The notes beneath the pieces were generated by a model that was given only the letters and a program-made list of their open reading frames with translations, was not told the origin of the DNA and ran no database searches. From an uncultured Eubacteriales bacterium (lineage in GTDB: Bacteria; Bacillota; Clostridia; Oscillospirales; Acutalibacteraceae): DNA of 22,826 bases. Positions 7,001 through 14,796 of this stretch are shown piece by piece; the stretch's first letter is position 1; the number at the start of each line of letters is the position of its first letter. Location of the stretch: NCBI GenBank assembly GCA_900317765.1, contig ONID01000024.1, positions 1-22,826 on the forward strand. Reading direction: 5' to 3'. Position numbers and translations under genes: made by a program.

Positions 7001-7112
7001 GGATATTTGATGGATTTGATTTGATAAAATGAAAAAAACTATACGTTCAGGAGGATAAAAATTTGGAAAAGTGTCCGTTTTTTTGCTTTATTTTGTTGGA
7101 TATTTGATGGAT
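7001..7112. repeat. Pair of perfect 15-bp direct repeats GGATATTTGATGGAT (7001-7015 and 7098-7112) in a TTGAT-rich leader
   Basis: Read directly from the sequence. They lie upstream of the exporter operon. Confidence 0.6.
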
Positions 7113-7168
7113 ACGGTTTTTTATAATATATAAAAAAATGATTGACATTTTTTAAAGAGGGGGACACC

Positions 7169-7591
7169 ATGTCAGAGAATAAACAGACTGTGTTCAGGCA
7201 GAAGACGCTCGAGCGCATATCGTCACCGGAACAGCTTACGGACTATCTTCGCGTCACAAATCCGGGAATATGGGCGGTACTGGCCGCTGTCATCCTGCTG
7301 CTGGCAGGGTTATTCGCGTGGTCTACGGTGGGTACGCTTGAGACCACGGCTGACGCGACGGTTGTTGTCAGCGACAGTAGCGCACGTGTCATTATCACCG
7401 GAGCCGGGACACTGGAAGAAGGAATGCCCGTGCGGATAGCGGGACAGCAATACCGCATCGTCTCGACCGACACCGACGAATACGGAAGAATGACCGGCGA
7501 GGCGATGGTCGATCTGCCTGACGGCACATACCAGGGAGAAGTCGTTGTGGATAGCACAAGCCCCATCGATTTCCTGCTTGAAAGCAGGTGA
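7169..7591 (+). CDS. Short HlyD-like / NHLP-type bacteriocin-system secretion adaptor protein
   Basis: FRQKTLERISSPEQLTDYLRVTNPGIWAVLAAVILLLAG has the adaptor N-terminal motif plus a TM helix. SD AGAGGGGGA precedes ATG 7169, and the ORF-track start at 7142 is TTG. It is much shorter than classical HlyD. Confidence 0.7.
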   Translation: MSENKQTVFRQKTLERISSPEQLTDYLRVTNPGIWAVLAAVILLLAGLFAWSTVGTLETTADATVVVSDSSARVIITGAGTLEEGMPVRIAGQQYRIVSTDTDEYGRMTGEAMVDLPDGTYQGEVVVDSTSPIDFLLESR

Positions 7592-7598
7592 GCCGGAG

Positions 7599-9776
7599 AT
7601 GAGCGCAAATAAGGTCAGACCAACGCTGACGAGGGGCGTCGCCAAGGTTCCGGTCATCATGCAGCTTGAGGCGCTCGAGTGCGGCGCGGCGTCGCTCGCT
7701 ATGGTCATGGCGTATTACGGAAAGTGGGTGCCGCTGGAGCAGGTGCGCCTTGACTGCGGCGTGTCACGCGACGGGTCGAAGGCAAGTAATATCTATCGCG
7801 CCGCTGTGAACTACGGTTTTGACGTAAAGGCTTACAACATGACTCCCGAAGCCGTTAAGGAAAAAGCAAGCCTGCCCTGCATTATCCACTGGAACATGAA
7901 CCATTTTGTCGTTCTGGACGGTTTCCGCGGAAAAAATGTTTATATCAATGACCCTGCCAGAGGCGAGGTCAAGGTGAGCTGGGAAGAGTTCGACAGATCC
8001 TTTACCGGAGTCACCATCATTCCCGTACCGTCAGAGAACTTTGAGCCGAGCGGGAAACGCAGGAGCACGATCAATTTTGCCCGAAAGCGTCTGACAGGCG
8101 CGGGAGCGGCGGTAGTGTTCGTTATGTTGACCACGGCGATATCGTACCTGTTCGGGATAGCCAATTCCGTCACCTCACGCATATTCATGGATCGTCTGCT
8201 GACGGGGGTCAACAGGGAATGGCTGAATCCTTTTATCGGCGTGATGATGCTTCTTGCCGTGATACAGCTTGTAGTAGCGTGGGCACAGACGATATATTCG
8301 CTGAGGATCAACGGCAAAATGTCGGTGGTAGGTAACACATCGTATATGTGGAAGGTACTGCGCATGCCGATGGAGTTCTTCTCGCAGCGGCTTGCGGGCG
8401 ATATACAGTCGCGCGCGGAAATGAATGCCTCGATAGCGAGTACGCTTGTTAACACCTTTTCGCCGCTGGTGCTCAATACCGCTATGATGATATTCTACCT
8501 TGTGCTGATGCTTCGCCAGAGTCCGATGCTTACGCTGATCGGTATCGTTACGCTGGTGCTCAATATCGTTATGTCCCGCGTGATATCCAACAGACGTATC
8601 AACATCACGCGCGTGCAGATGCGTGATTCCGGAAAGCTGGAGTCCGCAACGGTCACGGGCATCGATATGATCGAGACCATAAAGGCAAGCGGAGCGGAAA
8701 ACGGCTTTTTCCAGAAATGGGCAGGCTATCAGGCGTCTGTCAACGCGCAGAATGTCAAGGCGTCGAGGGAGAACCGGTTTATCGGCATGATTCCCGCGTT
8801 CTTCTCTGCGCTCGCAAATTACGCTGTGCTGGTGATCGGAATTTACCTGACGATGAAGGGAAAGTTCAGTCTGGGTGCGGTGCTTATGTTCCAAGGTTTC
8901 TTAAGCTCCTTCATGTCCCCTGCTATGACACTTGTCGGCGCGGGACAGACAATACAGGAGATGCGCACGCAGATGGAGCGCGTCGAGGACGTTATGGAGT
9001 ACCCGGAGGACATGAATGTCTCCGAATGCCGGACGGAAACTGCCGAACTCTCAAAGCTGCGCGGGAATGTGGAGCTGAAAAACATCACCTTCGGGTATTC
9101 GAGGCTGGAAAAGCCACTGATCAACAACTTTTCGCTGACAATGAAAACGGGCGACCGCATCGCCCTTGTCGGCGGTTCGGGCTGCGGCAAATCCACTATA
9201 TCAAAGCTTGTCTCGGGATTGTATGAACCGTGGAGCGGCGAAATACTGTTTGACGGCAAGCCCCGCAGCGCTTATCCGCGTGAGGTCATGGTCGGCTCGC
9301 TCGCCGTTGTCGATCAGGATATCATTATGTTCGAGGACACCATCGCAAACAACATAAAGATGTGGGACAACTCGATACAGGACTTCGAGATGATACTGGC
9401 AGCACGCGACGCGCAGATACACGACGATATCACATCGCTTCCCGGCGGCTATCAGCATAAGCTGGTAAGCGGCGGAAAGAATCTCTCCGGCGGGCAGCGC
9501 CAGCGCATGGAAATAGCCCGCGTGCTCGCGCAGGATCCGACGATCATCATCCTTGATGAAGCCACTTCGGCACTTGACGCAAGGACGGAATACGAAGTGG
9601 TCAACGCCATACGCGACCGCGGCATCACCTGCATCGTAATCGCTCACCGCCTTTCCACCGTCCGCGACTGCGACGAAATCATCGTACTCGACCAAGGCAC
9701 CGTAGCCGAACGCGGCACCCACGACGAGCTGATGAAGCTGGGCGGAGCTTACGCTGATTTAGTGGCGAGTGAATAG
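7599..9776 (+). CDS. Peptidase-C39-containing ABC transporter (PCAT; NHLP-family bacteriocin export peptidase/permease/ATPase)
   Basis: The C39 domain is QLEALECGAASLAMVMAYYG ... IIHWNMNHFVVLDG ... INDPARG. It is followed by a 6-TM region and an NBD with GGSGCGKST, LSGGQRQR and IIILDEATSALD. The likely start is MSANK at 7599. Confidence 0.92.
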   Translation: MSANKVRPTLTRGVAKVPVIMQLEALECGAASLAMVMAYYGKWVPLEQVRLDCGVSRDGSKASNIYRAAVNYGFDVKAYNMTPEAVKEKASLPCIIHWNMNHFVVLDGFRGKNVYINDPARGEVKVSWEEFDRSFTGVTIIPVPSENFEPSGKRRSTINFARKRLTGAGAAVVFVMLTTAISYLFGIANSVTSRIFMDRLLTGVNREWLNPFIGVMMLLAVIQLVVAWAQTIYSLRINGKMSVVGNTSYMWKVLRMPMEFFSQRLAGDIQSRAEMNASIASTLVNTFSPLVLNTAMMIFYLVLMLRQSPMLTLIGIVTLVLNIVMSRVISNRRINITRVQMRDSGKLESATVTGIDMIETIKASGAENGFFQKWAGYQASVNAQNVKASRENRFIGMIPAFFSALANYAVLVIGIYLTMKGKFSLGAVLMFQGFLSSFMSPAMTLVGAGQTIQEMRTQMERVEDVMEYPEDMNVSECRTETAELSKLRGNVELKNITFGYSRLEKPLINNFSLTMKTGDRIALVGGSGCGKSTISKLVSGLYEPWSGEILFDGKPRSAYPREVMVGSLAVVDQDIIMFEDTIANNIKMWDNSIQDFEMILAARDAQIHDDITSLPGGYQHKLVSGGKNLSGGQRQRMEIARVLAQDPTIIILDEATSALDARTEYEVVNAIRDRGITCIVIAHRLSTVRDCDEIIVLDQGTVAERGTHDELMKLGGAYADLVASE

Positions 9777-9792
9777 GTGAGGGAGGAAAAAC

Positions 9793-12003
9793 ATGGGTTG
9801 GTTTGAAAACCAGATAGAAGAACGCCGCACCGCCGACCAGCAGCTTTTGGAGGACTCCTTCGTAAAAATTGCCGGAGTCGTGCTGGGTCAGCGTACTGCG
9901 CAAAAGATCAGTGATGACCGGATCGTCACGAAAAACGCTATCGACGAGATCATAAAATATTACCACGGTAAACCATCGGAGATCCCGGATTCCATAAAGA
10001 CCGTCGAAGAACAGCTCGACTACTGTCTGCGTCCGCATGCTATCATGCGGCGCGGCGTGGAGCTGACAAAGGGCTGGTACAGGGACGCTTACGGACCGAT
10101 GCTTGCCTTCACAAAAGAGGACGGAATGCCTGTCGCGCTGCTGCCCGGAACTGTTATAGGGTACCGGTACACCGACCCCAAGACCGGAGAGCGGAAGAAG
10201 CTGAACGCACGGACAGCCGGGCTGTTTGAAACGGACGCGATATGCTTCTACCGCCCGCTGCCGCAAAAGAAGCTTGGCATACCGGATCTTTTGCTTTACA
10301 TGAAGCGCTGCATGTCGCTCAGCGACGTCATTATGATCGTTGCCGCGACGCTGGCCGTTTCGCTGGTAGGTCTTATCATGCCGCGCATCACCAAAACGCT
10401 GACCGGTCCCGTGCTTGAAAGCGGGAAGGCAGCAGCTCTGATCGGGATATCCATATCTATTATATGCGTTTCGCTTTCCTCGCAGCTTATCGGCGGGGTA
10501 AAGAGCATGGTTCAAAGCAGACTCACATCCAAGACCTCTCTCGGCGTGCAGGCTTCGATGATGATGCGGCTGCTGTCTCTTCCGGCGAGCTTTTTCCGCA
10601 AGTACAGCCCCGGCGAGCTGAAAAGCCGCTCCATGTCGGTCAATCATCTCTGCTCCCTGCTGTTGAGTCTGGTTATGTCAACAGGTCTTACCTCGCTGAC
10701 CTCGCTGATATACGTGGGCCAGATATTCCGATTCGCACCTGCGCTTGTCATACCGTCGCTTATCATCATACTTGTGACGGTAGGCTTTTCGACCGTCACA
10801 TCGCTTATGCAGATACGTCTCAGCCGCAAAGAAATGGAGCAGAGCGCCAAGGAATCGGGCATGAGCTATGCAATGATAACCGGCGTGCAGAAGATCAAAC
10901 TCGCGGGAGCGGAAAAGCGCATATTCGCCAAGTGGTTAGGTCTCTACGCCGACGGCGCGGAACTTATATACAACCCGCCGTTATTCATCAAGATCAACGG
11001 CGTTATATCCACCGCCATCAGTCTTATATCCAATATTGTGATGTACTATATCGCGGTAAAAAGCGGTATAGGGCAGTCGTCGTATTTCGCTTTTACTTCC
11101 GCATACGGTATGCTCATGGGCGCGTTCATGTCAATATCGGGCATGGCGCTTTCAGCCGCGAGAATACGGCCGATGCTTGAAATGGCGGAGCCGTTCCTCA
11201 AAACGGAACCCGAGACAGCCGGAAACAAGGAAATAGTCACGGGCATATCCGGCAGAGTGGAGCTCGATCACGTTTCGTTCCGTTACAGTGAGGATACGCC
11301 CTATATCCTCAATGACCTTTCGCTCAAGGTAAGGCCGGGAGAGTATATCGCTGTGGTCGGCAGGACGGGCTGCGGCAAGTCAACGCTCGTGCGCCTGCTG
11401 CTCGGTTTTGAAAAACCGGAAAAAGGCGCGGTCTACTACGACGGCAGGGATATAAACGGTCTTGACCTGCAGTCGCTGCGCCGCAGGATCGGCACTGTCA
11501 CGCAAGACGCCGGACTGTTCCAAGGGAACATTTACTCCAATATAGTTATCTCCGCTCCGGAGCTGACGCTTGAAGACGCGTGGGAAGCGGCGGAAAAGGC
11601 GGGGATCGCCGACGACATACGCGCTATGCCTATGGGAATGCATACGATGATATCCGAGGGGCAGGGCGGTATTTCCGGCGGACAGCGCCAGCGCATCATG
11701 ATCGCGCGCGCTATCGCCCCAAAGCCAAAACTGCTGATGTTTGACGAGGCGACCAGCGCTCTCGACAACAAGACCCAGCGGCAGGTGTCCGAGGCGCTTG
11801 ACGCTATGGGCTGTACCCGCATCGTTATCGCGCACCGTCTTACCACGATACGCCACTGCGACAGGATACTTGTGCTTGACGGCGGCCATATCATCGAGGA
11901 CGGTACATACGAACAGCTTATAGAAAAAAACGGCTTCTTTGCCAAAATGGTCGAGCGCCAGAGGCTCGATGTCGGGAATTGGGTTGCAGGTGTTAGGTGG
12001 TAG
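9793..12003 (+). CDS. Second ABC transporter permease/ATPase of the NHLP-type export system (no peptidase domain)
   Basis: A long N-terminal non-peptidase domain is followed by a TMD and an NBD with GRTGCGKST, ISGGQRQR and LLMFDEATSALD. Confidence 0.9.
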   Translation: MGWFENQIEERRTADQQLLEDSFVKIAGVVLGQRTAQKISDDRIVTKNAIDEIIKYYHGKPSEIPDSIKTVEEQLDYCLRPHAIMRRGVELTKGWYRDAYGPMLAFTKEDGMPVALLPGTVIGYRYTDPKTGERKKLNARTAGLFETDAICFYRPLPQKKLGIPDLLLYMKRCMSLSDVIMIVAATLAVSLVGLIMPRITKTLTGPVLESGKAAALIGISISIICVSLSSQLIGGVKSMVQSRLTSKTSLGVQASMMMRLLSLPASFFRKYSPGELKSRSMSVNHLCSLLLSLVMSTGLTSLTSLIYVGQIFRFAPALVIPSLIIILVTVGFSTVTSLMQIRLSRKEMEQSAKESGMSYAMITGVQKIKLAGAEKRIFAKWLGLYADGAELIYNPPLFIKINGVISTAISLISNIVMYYIAVKSGIGQSSYFAFTSAYGMLMGAFMSISGMALSAARIRPMLEMAEPFLKTEPETAGNKEIVTGISGRVELDHVSFRYSEDTPYILNDLSLKVRPGEYIAVVGRTGCGKSTLVRLLLGFEKPEKGAVYYDGRDINGLDLQSLRRRIGTVTQDAGLFQGNIYSNIVISAPELTLEDAWEAAEKAGIADDIRAMPMGMHTMISEGQGGISGGQRQRIMIARAIAPKPKLLMFDEATSALDNKTQRQVSEALDAMGCTRIVIAHRLTTIRHCDRILVLDGGHIIEDGTYEQLIEKNGFFAKMVERQRLDVGNWVAGVRW

Positions 12004-12008
12004 GATAT

Positions 12009-12515
12009 ATGATCCATGATTTAAACGGACGGAGTGATTTCGAGGCGATCTATGATAAGTATTACGACCGCGTGTACAAGTACGCCTTTTCGCTTCTTCT
12101 CAACAAGGAGGACGCGGAGGACGTTACTTCGGAGACATTTCTCGCCGCTTATACACATTTCGGGTGTTACGACAGCAGGAAAGCCTCCGTAGCGACATGG
12201 CTCACCCGCATAGCCCACAACCGTGCGGTCAATTTGATGCGCTCCGCGGCATATACCCGCCGCGCCGAGCTCCCCGAGGATTTGGAACTGCCCGATACTG
12301 CCGATCATACCGTCTCAGCCGAAGCGTCCGACATCGTGCTGCGCCTGTACTCCCGTCTTTCGCCGGACGAGAGAGAGCTGCTGAATATGCGCTACGTTAT
12401 GGAGATGAAAGACAGGGAGATAGCCGGACTGCTCGGACTCCCCGAAAAAACAGTCAACAAGCGCTATCAAAGGCTTCTCGCAAAATGCCGGAGGCTGTTG
12501 GGTGATAGGTTGTAG
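12009..12515 (+). CDS. ECF-type sigma-70 family RNA polymerase sigma factor
   Basis: Region 2 is DAEDVTSETFLAAY...WLTRIAHNRAVNLMR. Region 4 is LSPDERELLNMRYVMEMKDREIAGLLGLPEKTVNKRYQRLLAKCR. AGGTGG lies upstream of ATG 12009, and the alternative GTG at 11997 overlaps the ABC stop codon. Confidence 0.88.
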   Translation: MIHDLNGRSDFEAIYDKYYDRVYKYAFSLLLNKEDAEDVTSETFLAAYTHFGCYDSRKASVATWLTRIAHNRAVNLMRSAAYTRRAELPEDLELPDTADHTVSAEASDIVLRLYSRLSPDERELLNMRYVMEMKDREIAGLLGLPEKTVNKRYQRLLAKCRRLLGDRL

Positions 12516-12638
12516 GCAAACACCAAAAAAAGTGTCTCCAAACGATGGGCTGACTTGTATATAGAAGTGAGGACGCTTGAAAAGCCGGCGTGGAGGAAGA
12601 TCCGTAATTTTGTATCGGAGGAGGTTAAGGTTGGAACT

Positions 12639-12848
12639 ATGACTGAAATCGATGTTGAAAAGCTTATAGCCGATAGCGCGTTACCAAACCCCGAACAAAA
12701 GCGCAGGCTGCGTGAACTTCTTTTCGGACAAGAGGCAAGGGAACTGCGTCTCGACGAACTCGCTGCCGTTGCGGGCGGCGTGAACCTGCCGGAAGACAAT
12801 GATGACAAATGGGTGCAATGGCCGGTACAGGAGGACAAACCGGAATGA
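12639..12848 (+). CDS. Double-glycine (GG) leader precursor peptide, 69 aa
   Basis: MTEIDVEKLIADSALPNPEQKRRLRELLFGQEARELRLDELAAVAGG | VNLPEDNDDKWVQWPVQEDKPE. The LDELAAVAGG ending fits the NHLP/Nif11/GG-leader consensus. A GGAGGAGG/AAGG SD lies upstream, and PCAT is encoded nearby. Confidence 0.65.
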   Translation: MTEIDVEKLIADSALPNPEQKRRLRELLFGQEARELRLDELAAVAGGVNLPEDNDDKWVQWPVQEDKPE

Positions 12849-13486
12849 GCGGCATGAGCGTTTTTATAGGCTTAGCGGAGGATTACCCGCTGCTGTATCT
12901 CGACCCGGACAGGGATTCTCAGGAAACCTACCGGAAAGTGGTTCTTCGCGGCGATAGCCCGCAGACGGAAAGTCTCGCGCACTATCGCGGGCACCCGCAT
13001 GACCGCGATGAAATGACCGATACACCGGCGGGAAAGGTCAGAGTTGTCACGCTGGGAGACCGGCATGACTTTGAGCTTGTTATACGCGGCATGTCTGCCG
13101 CGAAAAACGGGCCTCTCGCGCCTGTTCCCGAAAGTCAGGGCGCAGCGACGCTTACGGTATTCAACTGGCGGAAGATCCACGCTCATTTAGTGGGCTGTCC
13201 GGAAAAGGAGCGTTCCGCCGAATTCAGGCGCTTTACCGCGGTCAAAGAGAATTATCTCGATAGGCTTGTCGTGCTGTCGCGCGGTCCTTACAGCAATGTA
13301 TCAGCGTCAGAGGCTGGCTGCGGAGAAAAGGAGTGGCTCGTTCTCTCCGATACCATACGCCGTTATCACGAACTGACGCACGTTATCTGCCGCCGCCTGT
13401 ATCCCGATGATATCGACGCCGTGCGGGATGAGCTTATCGCAGACGCTGTGGGCATCCCGAAAAGGAAAAGCTGTTCCTCGGCTTAA
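12845..13486 (+). CDS. Hypothetical protein with an HExxH motif (putative metallopeptidase-like), possibly frame-disrupted at the 3' end
   Basis: Its ATG overlaps the peptide stop codon (ATGA at 12845-12848). YHELTHVICRRLYP...DELIAD contains HELTH. The ORF ends ..AVGIPKRKSCSSA*, while another frame continues to about 13553. Confidence 0.55.
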   Translation: MSGMSVFIGLAEDYPLLYLDPDRDSQETYRKVVLRGDSPQTESLAHYRGHPHDRDEMTDTPAGKVRVVTLGDRHDFELVIRGMSAAKNGPLAPVPESQGAATLTVFNWRKIHAHLVGCPEKERSAEFRRFTAVKENYLDRLVVLSRGPYSNVSASEAGCGEKEWLVLSDTIRRYHELTHVICRRLYPDDIDAVRDELIADAVGIPKRKSCSSA

Positions 13487-13537
13487 AGGATGGCAGATAT
13501 TCCGGAGGCAGGCAAAAACTTAGGAGGTTGACAAAAC

Positions 13538-14494
13538 TTGGATATTGAATACTTGCTTATGCTCCAGCGCTTTCGCGAAAGCATAAACGAAGCTCTGACC
13601 CCTTTCATGGAGCAGATTTCGCTTTTTGCGGTAACTTATCTTATTATGATCCCCGTTTTTCTGTACTGGGTAATCGATAAACGAAAGGGTCTTTATACGC
13701 TGGTGTCGTATTATCTCTGCTGCGGCATTAACGCCGTCGTAAAACTGACAGCCTGCGTATATCGCCCGTGGATAAGGGACGCGCGCGTTTTGCCTGCGGG
13801 AGACGCCATTAGTACTGCGACCGGTTATTCCTTTCCGAGCGGTCACTCGGCAACAGCCGGACCGATCTACGGCGGGTTGGCTGTCGTGTCGTGGTCAAAG
13901 AGAAAGCTCGTTTCCTCTTTATTTGTGCTGCTTCTCCTGATTACGGGATTTTCCCGTAACTACCTGGGCGTACACGCTCCGCAGGACGTTGCCGTCGGAC
14001 TGCTCGAGGGCGTCGCCGCTCTGCTGGCGGCGATGAAGCTGTTCTCCTATCTTGAAAAGCATCCGGAGAAAGAAAATCTTTTCCTGATTCTGAGCTTTGT
14101 TTTCGGATGGATAGGTATCGCATACATTACTTTCAAGCCCTATCCGATGGATTACGTTGACGGAACGCTGTTGGTAGATCCGCAGAAAATGATGAACGAC
14201 GGCTACGGTGATATCTGTCTGCTGATTGCTTTCCCGGTTGCCCGGTTTATCGAAAAGACCTGGATCAGATTCGAGCCGGCGGGTCTGAAAAGTCCCCGTG
14301 CTCTGGTCGGAGCGGTGGGACTTGTGCCGTTGTATTTGATGATAAATTACCTTAAAGACCCTCTGGACGAGCTGATGGGCAGCCATTGGGGGCATTTTAC
14401 CAAAACCTTTATCATTGTGCTGTACTGCGTGGCTTTGTGGCCGCTTGTCATCAGGTTATTCGGAAAGAAGGCAGAGGCTTCTTCCGAGAAATAA
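13538..14494 (+). CDS. PAP2-family membrane phosphatase (BcrC/undecaprenyl-diphosphatase-like)
   Basis: K-x6-RP (KLTACVYRP), PSGH (SFPSGHS) and SR-x5-H-x3-D (SRNYLGVHAPQD) are present with multiple TM helices. AGGAGG lies 10 nt upstream of the TTG start. Confidence 0.88.
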   Translation: MDIEYLLMLQRFRESINEALTPFMEQISLFAVTYLIMIPVFLYWVIDKRKGLYTLVSYYLCCGINAVVKLTACVYRPWIRDARVLPAGDAISTATGYSFPSGHSATAGPIYGGLAVVSWSKRKLVSSLFVLLLLITGFSRNYLGVHAPQDVAVGLLEGVAALLAAMKLFSYLEKHPEKENLFLILSFVFGWIGIAYITFKPYPMDYVDGTLLVDPQKMMNDGYGDICLLIAFPVARFIEKTWIRFEPAGLKSPRALVGAVGLVPLYLMINYLKDPLDELMGSHWGHFTKTFIIVLYCVALWPLVIRLFGKKAEASSEK

Positions 14495-14515
14495 TCCTGC
14501 TTGCGAAAGGGAAAG

Positions 14516-14552
14516 AAAAAGGAAGCCGTTGCGGCGTAACGGCTTCCTTTAT
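14516..14552 (+). terminator. Rho-independent terminator after the PAP2 gene
   Basis: A 10-bp stem GGAAGCCGTT / AACGGCTTCC with a 7-nt loop is followed by TTTATAAT. The A-run upstream makes it potentially bidirectional. Confidence 0.65.
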
Positions 14553-14796
14553 AATCCGTATCACAGTACGAAAAAAACTCCGGTATAAAAGTGATATGCT
14601 CCCTATATAGAAGACAATGAAAGATAAAAAAATCATTGTCAATTATATAGGGGGGATTTGTTATGTCAAGGAAGAAAAAGTTAATGGAGGAAGTGAAGTG
14701 TACAAAGTATACCTAAGTGCCATCCTTGACCTGTGACCAAGAGAGGCAAGACCAAAATACTCGGCATAGAAAAAAAGCAGATAAGGAGAGAATTTA

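Noticed and set aside
7001-7112. A CRISPR array or other spacer-repeat structure (also considered for 2249-2347 and 22507-22541)
   Set aside because: There are only two copies of a 15-bp repeat, a palindromic heptamer cluster, and a 35-bp coding microsatellite. None has the regular repeat-spacer periodicity or repeat length of CRISPR.
7940-11889. Numerous antisense or off-frame ORFs inside the two ABC transporter genes (for example 8175..8894, 9679..10647, 10464..11180, 11380..11889)
   Set aside because: They have no motifs and show biased composition. They are fully nested in genes that have complete C39, TMD and NBD motif sets.
14560-14796. Possible riboswitch, T-box or Cys leader peptide (17-codon ORF 14663..14716, MSRKKKLMEEVKCTKYT) upstream of the class-V aminotransferase
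   Set aside because: I could not recognise S-box, T-box or any other riboswitch core sequence. The micro-ORF has a single Cys codon and no obvious alternative terminator/antiterminator pair.
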